Assembly (NCBI GenBank): GCA_043734325.1
Contig: JAYTFN010000089.1
Location: forward strand, 1-34,805
Reading direction: 5' to 3'
DNA length: 34,805 nucleotides
From: Candidatus Adlerbacteria bacterium
GTDB taxonomy: Bacteria > Patescibacteriota > Minisyncoccia > Phycocordibacterales > SBAW01
Shown here piece after piece: positions 28,505 to 34,805 of this stretch. Under the pieces are notes generated by a model that was not told the DNA's origin, ran no database searches, and worked only from the letters and a program-made list of their open reading frames with translations. Position numbers and translations under genes: made by a program. The first letter of the stretch is position 1; each line of letters starts with the position of its first letter.

Positions 28505-28576
28505 TGACCCTACCGGGAGTCGAACCCGGCTTTAAAGCTTGAAAAGCTTTCGTCCTAACCGATAGACGATAGGGCC
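28505..28576 (-). tRNA. tRNA-Glu (TTC)
   Basis: Reverse complement: acceptor GGCCCTA/TAGGGTC-A; anticodon arm AAAGC-TTTTCAA-GCTTT; T arm CCGGG-TTCGACT-CCCGG. Confidence 0.93.
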
Positions 28577-28675
28577 ATTACGGCAAATATAGCCTAAAGT
28601 GCAAAAAAATGCTATTTTGCAAACTGTTCGACCTATGAAAGGAAGAAGAATGTTAGTTCTTTCCTACTAACATCT

Positions 28676-28762
28676 GGAGAGGTGGCTGAGTGGTCGAAGG
28701 CACCGGTTTCGAAAACCGGCATCCGGGAAACTGGATCGAGGGTTCAAATCCCTCCCTCTCCG
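28676..28762 (+). tRNA. tRNA-Ser (CGA)
   Basis: Acceptor GGAGAGG/CCTCTCC-G; anticodon arm CCGGT-TTCGAAA-ACCGG; long variable arm; T arm GAGGG-TTCAAAT-CCCTC. Confidence 0.95.
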
Positions 28763-28777
28763 CAGAAATAAACTTCC

Positions 28778-28975
28778 GAATCCGAAAGGTGGGGGCGAAA
28801 ACATGAAAAAATACGACTCAAAAAAGGTATGTCGCAAGGCGACATCTGCCGTGAGTTAAGGTTAGATAGAGTGTATATTAGTAATGTTGAGAACGGCAAA
28901 CAAAACCTTACAATTAGCACAATGGAAAAGGTAGCTAAAGTACTTGGGGTTAGCGTATATCAACTTTTGAAATAA
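28778..28975 (+). pseudogene. XRE-family HTH regulator, 5'-damaged copy
   Basis: Intact frame from ATG 28829: MSQGDICRELRLDRVYISNVENGKQNLTISTMEKVAKVLGVSVYQLLK*. Upstream GENMKK segment (ATG 28803) is out of frame relative to IRLKKG, and an in-frame stop lies at 28769-28771. Confidence 0.7.
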
Positions 28976-28977
28976 TT

Positions 28978-29883
28978 ATGACTACACAAAACCAAACCAT
29001 TACCAAAATCGCAATATTCCAAAAAAAGGAAGTCCGCAAGATTCTTCACAAAAACGAATGGTGGTTCTCTGTAATTGATGTGATTGAGGTTTTAACAGAT
29101 ACTGCACGTTCTCGAAAATATTGGAGCGACCTCAAGAGAAAACTTATAAAAGAGGGTTATTCCGAAGTGTCCGAAAAAATCGGACAGTTGAAAATGACCT
29201 CTCCAGACGGAAAAAAGCGAGAAACTGACTGCGCTAATACCGAGACAATTTTCCGTATTATCCAAGCCATTCCTTCGCCAAAAGCAGAACCATTCAAACG
29301 CTGGTTGGCACGAGTTGGTTTTGAACGAATTGAGGAGATAGAAAATCCAGAACTTGCCACAAAACGCACGCGTGCATTATACAAAGCCAAAGGATATTCT
29401 GATACGTGGATTGAGAAAAGAATGCAAGAAATAGAAATAGAAACAGATACAATACCAACAGAACTCAAAAAAATTCTCGTAGATAAAATTAATCAATCGT
29501 TATGGTGGCATGTAACACCTAGCGATCCAGATGCATATAAAAAACGGGGAAAATTTTTAGCCTCTACATACAGTCAGGCAGCTTTTTATGGGAAGCCCAA
29601 TATAAAACCGGAAAGAATCAAAATATCGCACCCACTATGTAGTGACTCAGAGAAAGAAATTCTTAAAGTTCTATTTCCAGAGACACACCAGAGAATGCTT
29701 CTTTTTATTACAAGTGCAAATGAGTCGGATTACTATGAGCGAAGAATTAATTTAGATGAAAAGATGCACGAGCAAGCAAAGAAGTTAGGATATGATTCAA
29801 TTGTTCTTCTCGGCTCAACGGCAATAAATGAACTTGTGAAGAACCGTAAACCTCGTTCAATCGAATTAAATCTATGTGTATGA
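28978..29883 (+). CDS. BRO-N domain protein fused to a putative ADP-ribosyltransferase-like C-terminal domain
   Basis: N-half WWFSVIDVI..YWSDLKRKL..DGKKRETD..RIIQAIPSPKAEPFKRWLA (BRO family); C-half WWHVT..GKFLAST..AAFYG..ISHPL..GYDSIVL..IELN. Confidence 0.75.
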   Translation: MTTQNQTITKIAIFQKKEVRKILHKNEWWFSVIDVIEVLTDTARSRKYWSDLKRKLIKEGYSEVSEKIGQLKMTSPDGKKRETDCANTETIFRIIQAIPSPKAEPFKRWLARVGFERIEEIENPELATKRTRALYKAKGYSDTWIEKRMQEIEIETDTIPTELKKILVDKINQSLWWHVTPSDPDAYKKRGKFLASTYSQAAFYGKPNIKPERIKISHPLCSDSEKEILKVLFPETHQRMLLFITSANESDYYERRINLDEKMHEQAKKLGYDSIVLLGSTAINELVKNRKPRSIELNLCV

Positions 29884-30836
29884 TACAAAATAAAGTAATA
29901 ACAGAAATTGCGAACACGTTCGACATAAACAAGATTTATGCACACAGAGTTTTTTCGCTTGCAGACAAGTCAAATCTGATAGAAGATTCCTCTCGCATCA
30001 TTTCAGAAAAACCAAAACCTTTTGTTAAATGGGTCGGTGGTAAACGTCAGTTATTAGCTCAATTTCGAAGACTAAATCTTTATCCTCCAGAAAAATTTGA
30101 TCCAAAAAACGGAAAATATTTTGAACCCTTTGTTGGTGGCGGTGCAGTGTTCTTTGATCTACTTCCTGAAACAGCTTATCTTTCTGATTTAAACAATGAA
30201 CTTGTTATTACTTATAATGTGATTAAAAATGATGTTGAAAATCTAATAAAATCACTAAAAAAACACAAACTAGACAAAGAATACTTCCTAAAAATACGAA
30301 CACAGAGCCCAGAAAAACTTTCTGGTTTAAATACCGCCTCTCGTTTTATATATTTAAACAGAACTTGTTTCAATGGTATGTATCGGGTAAACAGTAAAGG
30401 TGGATTTAATGTTCCATTTGGTAAATACACAAACCCTCTTATTTGCGATGAAAATAATCTTAGAAAAGCATCAAAAGCATTGAAAAATGTTGAGATTAAA
30501 AAACAGGATTATAAAGAAGTGTTAAAAAAAGCAAATAAAGGAGATTTTATATATTTTGATCCTCCTTACTATCCTATAAACAAAACATCTTCGTTTACTT
30601 CCTACACCAAAGAGTCATTTTTAGACAAAGAACAAATTGAACTAAGAGATACATTTGTAGAACTACACAAAAGAGGTTGCTTTGTTATGCTTTCAAATTC
30701 CGATACTCCGTTTATAAACAAAATCTATTCTGAACCTAAAGGTCTCCGTATTACAAAAGTACAAGCGGGTCGCGCCATTAACTCTGATGCTTCTAAAAGG
30801 GGCAAAATTACAGAAGTACTGGTAACTAACTACTGA
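29880..30836 (+). CDS. Dam-family (D12 class) N6-adenine DNA methyltransferase
   Basis: PFVKWVGGKRQL, YFEPFVGGGAV, YLNRTCFNGMYRVN, YFDPPY, MLSNS; ATGA overlap with upstream gene. Confidence 0.93.
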   Translation: MIQNKVITEIANTFDINKIYAHRVFSLADKSNLIEDSSRIISEKPKPFVKWVGGKRQLLAQFRRLNLYPPEKFDPKNGKYFEPFVGGGAVFFDLLPETAYLSDLNNELVITYNVIKNDVENLIKSLKKHKLDKEYFLKIRTQSPEKLSGLNTASRFIYLNRTCFNGMYRVNSKGGFNVPFGKYTNPLICDENNLRKASKALKNVEIKKQDYKEVLKKANKGDFIYFDPPYYPINKTSSFTSYTKESFLDKEQIELRDTFVELHKRGCFVMLSNSDTPFINKIYSEPKGLRITKVQAGRAINSDASKRGKITEVLVTNY

Positions 30837-30843
30837 TTTCTTT

Positions 30844-31602
30844 ATGGCAAACAACAATTCTTGGAAAAAAATATTTGATGATAATAAAATTTTGGAAAAT
30901 GACTTTTCTAAACAGCCTTTCTATTTATCTGCAAAAGATATAAAGAAGTCTGTCCAAGATTTTCAAAATACTTCAGAAAAAGAGGTGCGAATCTTATGCA
31001 AAATGGACACACGCGAAAGCGTTCCTGAGATAATGAAGAAAAATGGCTTAATTTTATTACCTGTAAAAAATAAATTTTACGTTATTGTAAAAGGAGAAGG
31101 CTATGTAGATATCCCAGATATTGAAGGTGACGCAGAGATATACAGTACGAAGCTTGATTTTGATTTAGATACTACAAAAATAGGAAATTCTGAGATGCAA
31201 CATCTTGATTTTGCCTATGCCTCAAGTCTCATTAGAACTTTCATAGAAGATCCAAGTCTTGTTCTCACTATTCGCGGTAGAAAATATACTCCCGAATTTA
31301 CTTATAAGGTGGGTAATAATACGGTTGAAACAAAAGGGGTGCAAACAGAAGTAGATGCTGGTTACGAGGGCAAGGATAAGGTTGTTTTAATTGAAGCAAA
31401 AAATTCTTCCACAAAAAATACAATAATTAGACAGTTGTATTACCCCTATAGACAATGGTCAGAACATACGAAGAAAAAAGTTTTCTTGTTATTTTTTGAA
31501 AAAAGAGTTGATGAGTATTTAATTTGGCAATACGAGTTTACAGATAAAAATAGTTACGATTCAATAAAACTTGTAAAGTCAAAAAAATATAAGATTATTT
31601 AA
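30844..31602 (+). CDS. Putative type II restriction endonuclease (PD-(D/E)xK)
   Basis: QTEVDAGYEG..VLIEAK catalytic-like motif and IRQLYYPYR; lies between two MTases. Confidence 0.7.
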   Translation: MANNNSWKKIFDDNKILENDFSKQPFYLSAKDIKKSVQDFQNTSEKEVRILCKMDTRESVPEIMKKNGLILLPVKNKFYVIVKGEGYVDIPDIEGDAEIYSTKLDFDLDTTKIGNSEMQHLDFAYASSLIRTFIEDPSLVLTIRGRKYTPEFTYKVGNNTVETKGVQTEVDAGYEGKDKVVLIEAKNSSTKNTIIRQLYYPYRQWSEHTKKKVFLLFFEKRVDEYLIWQYEFTDKNSYDSIKLVKSKKYKII

Positions 31603-32351
31603 TGTCTCAAAAAGATTTAAAACTTCACCCCGAAGAATTTGAATTAGAGTGTACAACTGTATGGGCTTTTCCACGTAGAGGAAATTGGGCTACACATACA
31701 TCTGATTGGCGTGGAAATTGGTCGCCAGAAGTAGCTAGAAATCTTATTTTGCGTTACTCAATAGAGAAAGACCACTTACTCGATTGTATGATTGGTGGAG
31801 GCACTACTGCGATAGAAGCAAAAATTTTAAATCGACACATTACTTGCATTGATGTTAATGAGGAAGCGTTAGAGAGAACGAAAAAATCTCTTGAATTTGA
31901 GGTTGATAATAAAGCAAAACAACGGGTCGTGAAATGTGATGCAAGGGATATGAGCTTTATTAAAGATAATGAGATTGATTTTGTTTTAACTCATCCTCCG
32001 TATGCAGACATTATAAAATACAGTGAGGGTAAAATTAAAGAAGATTTATCGGGTATACACGACATAGATGCTTTTGTTGATGAAATAGGAAAAGTTGCAA
32101 AAGAATTGTTTAGGGTTTTGAAGAAAGGTAAATATTGCGCGATTCTCATGGGAGATACACGCAGAAACAAAATGTACCAACCTCTTGCGTTTAAGGTAAT
32201 GCAGAAGTTTCTAGATACAGGTTTTGTATTGAAAGAAGACATTATAAAAAGACAGTTTAATTGCAAGGCAACAGGTTTTTGGGTTACAAAGTCAAAAGAA
32301 TCAAACTTCTTGCTGATAATGCATGAGCATCTTTTTGTATTTCAAAAATAA
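31602..32351 (+). CDS. Amino-methyltransferase (N6A/N4C DNA MTase or Trm11-like)
   Basis: Motif I LDCMIGGGTT followed by motif IV THPPY; TAATG overlap with the nuclease gene. Confidence 0.8.
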   Translation: MSQKDLKLHPEEFELECTTVWAFPRRGNWATHTSDWRGNWSPEVARNLILRYSIEKDHLLDCMIGGGTTAIEAKILNRHITCIDVNEEALERTKKSLEFEVDNKAKQRVVKCDARDMSFIKDNEIDFVLTHPPYADIIKYSEGKIKEDLSGIHDIDAFVDEIGKVAKELFRVLKKGKYCAILMGDTRRNKMYQPLAFKVMQKFLDTGFVLKEDIIKRQFNCKATGFWVTKSKESNFLLIMHEHLFVFQK

Positions 32352-32354
32352 TCT

Positions 32355-32474
32355 ATGAAATTAACTTTTAGAAATCAAACTGCCGCAATCGTTATTGGTG
32401 CTTTAATTTTAGCTGTTGCACTTTGGTTTATATTCAAGTACACAGGAGTTAATCTTTCGAGCCTACAGCCCTAG
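32355..32474 (+). CDS. 39-aa single-TM peptide
   Basis: MKLTFRNQTAAIVIGALILAVALWFIFKYTGVNLSSLQP*, starting 3 nt after the MTase stop. Confidence 0.55.
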   Translation: MKLTFRNQTAAIVIGALILAVALWFIFKYTGVNLSSLQP

Positions 32475-32480
32475 TTGGGC

Positions 32481-32509
32481 TTGACAGAAAGATATCCGTA
32501 TGTTAGGAT
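32481..32509 (+). promoter_or_regulatory. Sigma70 promoter with extended -10
   Basis: TTGACA 32481-32486, 17-nt spacer, TGt-TAGGAT with -10 at 32504-32509. Confidence 0.65.
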
Positions 32510-32580
32510 AGTAGCGACTTCGGATTTGAGCTATTGTGGCTCAAAACAAGCAGGTTTCCAAACCAAACTGGAGGTTTACC

Positions 32581-32955
32581 ATGCAGTTCCCAATGCGAGA
32601 TACGATGACGGCAGGACAAGCTGTCATAAACAACGCGAAACAACAGAATTTGGCTCGCGGAAAATACTACCGCTTCGAGCCACCGGTTACGGCGACGGCT
32701 GTCCCGACTGGTGGACCGAACACCTGCGCGCTGGAGGAATGCACGTTCAATCGTGGCTGGTACATCGGCTTCGCGGAAGGCAATCATGTCTTCCAGGGCA
32801 AGCCGGTGAATGACCAGCGAGTGATCCCGATGCCGAAAGGCTTCGAGGACGCGTCGAACCTGAACGAAATCCTGAAACAACTTCGAGACTGCTACTTCCT
32901 TGTCCTGTTTATCGGTGGAAGCGCGGCGGTTCTCGATGTCAACCAGGATCACTGA
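32581..32955 (+). CDS. Hypothetical protein (124 aa), GC-rich
   Basis: GGAGG RBS 32570-32574, ATG 32581; own promoter and terminator. Confidence 0.65.
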   Translation: MQFPMRDTMTAGQAVINNAKQQNLARGKYYRFEPPVTATAVPTGGPNTCALEECTFNRGWYIGFAEGNHVFQGKPVNDQRVIPMPKGFEDASNLNEILKQLRDCYFLVLFIGGSAAVLDVNQDH

Positions 32956-32969
32956 ACAACGAACTGCTT

Positions 32970-33012
32970 GCCCGCCATGTCGAAAGACCTCTGGCGGGCT
33001 TTTCATTTTTTC
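32970..33012 (+). terminator. Intrinsic terminator
   Basis: GCCCGCCA..GTC-GAAA-GAC..TGGCGGGC followed by TTTTCATTTTTT. Confidence 0.7.
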
Positions 33013-33183
33013 AAGGGAGCAATCCCCGCCGTTTTATAATATCTCCTAAAAACGGCGAGGACTTGCGCAAGCACAGGGCGGGCGGGGCAAGCACAATAGG
33101 ATTTGCTTGTGCCTTAGCGCAATCCATATTTTGAGTTACCACGACCAGTTTCCGAAGTCGCAGAGTTTAGAACTACTAGTAAA

Positions 33184-33211
33184 CGCCGAGAAGAAGCGCT
33201 TCTTCTCGGCG
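33184..33211. repeat. Perfect 28-bp palindrome
   Basis: CGCCGAGAAGAAGC|GCTTCTTCTCGGCG. Confidence 0.85.
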
Positions 33212-33291
33212 CTATCAATTTATACACCTATTGTGATATATCACATTATTGATATACGACACAACAAGTTGCTACAATACCAACTGTGGAT

Positions 33292-33498
33292 ATGAAAAAT
33301 TCGTCAATAAAACTTGGGAAAAACATAAAACGCATACGAGAGCGGAAGAAAATGTCGCAAGGCGACATTTGCCGAGCGCTTGGCTTTGATCGTGCTCAAA
33401 TGAGTAATATTGAAGGGGGTAAAGGAAATCCGACACTTGCAACCATTGAGAAAATCGCTCAAGCGTTGGGAGTTACGAGCGATAAACTTTTGAAATAA
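33292..33498 (+). CDS. XRE-family HTH transcriptional regulator
   Basis: LGKNIKRIRERKKMSQGDICRALGFDRAQMSNIEGGKGNPTLATIEKIAQALGV. Confidence 0.9.
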   Translation: MKNSSIKLGKNIKRIRERKKMSQGDICRALGFDRAQMSNIEGGKGNPTLATIEKIAQALGVTSDKLLK

Positions 33499-33500
33499 TT

Positions 33501-34751
33501 ATGGATCAAACAATTACTGATAATCAACGATGGCTTTCGAGAAAATATCTCACGTATGAACTGCTTACAAATCTTTGGTTTGTAGGTGCAATCTGGCTTT
33601 ATTTTTACCGAATATTTATAACCGATCAACAAGTCGGGCTTCTTGATGGCTTTGCGTTCGCAATCGGTCTAATTGCAGAAGTTCCGTCTGGTGCGTTGGC
33701 TGACAGATTCGGACGCGACAAAATGGTTAAGCTAGGACAAGTTCTTGTTGGAATCGGTCTTTTGATTCAAGCGTTCGGTAGTAGTTTTGTTCCATTTTTT
33801 GTAGGACAAGCAATTATGATGATTGGCGTCTCGTTTGTATCTGGTGCTGATGAAGCATTGTTCTTCGGAAAACTTAATTTTGATCGCTCATCTGTAAATT
33901 GGCGCAGGTTGGTGACACGTGGCTCTCAATTTGCTCTTGTGGGCTCGTTGTTTGCAGTTGTAACTGGAGGATGGTTGTACTCGGTCAATCCGCGTATTCC
34001 TTGGATTTTAACAGGCCTATCATTCATAAGTTCCACACTATTGATTTGGTCAATCAAAGACACTCGGATTGAAAGGCAGACGAAAAAGTTTTCAGTAGAA
34101 ATCAAAGAGCACCTAGCCAGTATCAAAATGGGCTTCACACAATTTCGCGCGCCGAAATTGTTGTTATATATACCGATAATAATTACAGTGCAAGGACTTT
34201 TTTATACTGCAGGATGGGGATTATTACGATTAGTTTTGCTTGACCGTTTTCATTTCGATCCATTTTGGGGTTCTCTTGTGATAGCAACAAGTAGCCTCAT
34301 TACTGTGGGAATTTTAGCTCTTATGCATAAGTACGCAGAAAACATGAGCGAGAAGCACGTGGTTACTCTAATTTCACTTAGTGCGGCCGCAAGTTTATTG
34401 TTATCACTTGCGGACATTGGCATGTGGGGCTATATCGTTATCTTTGCACTCTATGCAGGAGAGCGTGTTCTTTATCCATTCATGAGCGAGATTCTCAATA
34501 ATCAGACACCAGAAGACCAACGCGCGACAGTCTTGTCTGTCGCCTCATTTTTACGGACATTACCTTATGTTGCACTTGCACCAATCATCGGCTATTTAAA
34601 TATGCGTGGCGATCTTGAGTATTTCTTGATAAGTTGGGCGCTACTGATTTGTTTCGCTGTTTTATTATATCTTTCTCTTAAAAAGGCGGATGACCAAATT
34701 AGTATGATTCCCCATACCTCGACGCTCTGCGTCGGTCCTCCAGTGTGCTAG
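33501..34751 (+). CDS. MFS transporter
   Basis: About 12 hydrophobic segments; EVPSGALADRFGR (motif A), SGADEAL, RATVLS. Confidence 0.9.
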   Translation: MDQTITDNQRWLSRKYLTYELLTNLWFVGAIWLYFYRIFITDQQVGLLDGFAFAIGLIAEVPSGALADRFGRDKMVKLGQVLVGIGLLIQAFGSSFVPFFVGQAIMMIGVSFVSGADEALFFGKLNFDRSSVNWRRLVTRGSQFALVGSLFAVVTGGWLYSVNPRIPWILTGLSFISSTLLIWSIKDTRIERQTKKFSVEIKEHLASIKMGFTQFRAPKLLLYIPIIITVQGLFYTAGWGLLRLVLLDRFHFDPFWGSLVIATSSLITVGILALMHKYAENMSEKHVVTLISLSAAASLLLSLADIGMWGYIVIFALYAGERVLYPFMSEILNNQTPEDQRATVLSVASFLRTLPYVALAPIIGYLNMRGDLEYFLISWALLICFAVLLYLSLKKADDQISMIPHTSTLCVGPPVC

Positions 34752-34805
34752 GTTGAGTGGGTAATGGCCGACCATATACGTAAACGCTCGGAGGATACCT
34801 CGGGG

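Larger units (their letters stand above)
28763..34751 (+). mobile_element. Putative genomic/defence island at the tRNA-Ser 3' end (right boundary unknown)
   Basis: Starts right after a tRNA; visibly AT-richer than the backbone in most of its length; carries XRE, BRO and R-M genes. No integrase or attR seen in the window. Confidence 0.55.

Noticed and set aside
28763-34805. attR copy of the tRNA-Ser 3' end and an integrase
   Set aside because: I did not find a repeat of the tRNA-Ser 3' end or an integrase within the window; the island boundary is undetermined.
34710-34805. Possible structured element at the right edge (ATACCTCG twice, TCCTCC/GGAGGA pairing)
   Set aside because: Matches are short and cut by the window edge; insufficient evidence.

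Overview
Chromosomal segment of a small-genome bacterium. Gene content (short IF2, TrbC/VirB2-like pilin array, degenerate HisRS paralog, near-leaderless genes) suggests Patescibacteria/CPR, Parcubacteria-like; this is inference. The backbone carries housekeeping genes (clpB/C partial, cysteine desulfurase, infB, rbfA, gyrA, rpsA, pth, lepB, rpsU, ybeY, ftsA, ftsZ, TrxB-like) and six tRNAs (Cys-GCA, Leu-TAA, Lys-CTT, Leu-TAG, Glu-TTC, Ser-CGA). Two things stand out. (1) Three tRNA genes (Lys, Leu-TAG, Glu) carry structured 3' trailers built from their own 3' ends. At Leu and Glu the order is hairpin, inverted copy of the acceptor strand/T-arm split by an inserted hairpin, a structured core, then a direct copy of the tRNA 3' end about 180 bp later; the Lys trailer is partial. 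(2) An AT-rich island behind tRNA-Ser is bracketed by two XRE genes with identical 3' junctions and encodes a BRO-N protein fused to an ADP-ribosyltransferase-like domain, coupled to a Dam-like MTase, a PD-(D/E)xK nuclease and a second MTase. Also present: a DHCR24-like oxidoreductase splitting ftsA-ftsZ, two tandem 37-aa ORF units with structured leaders, and several long palindromes. All calls are by eye; no searches were run.
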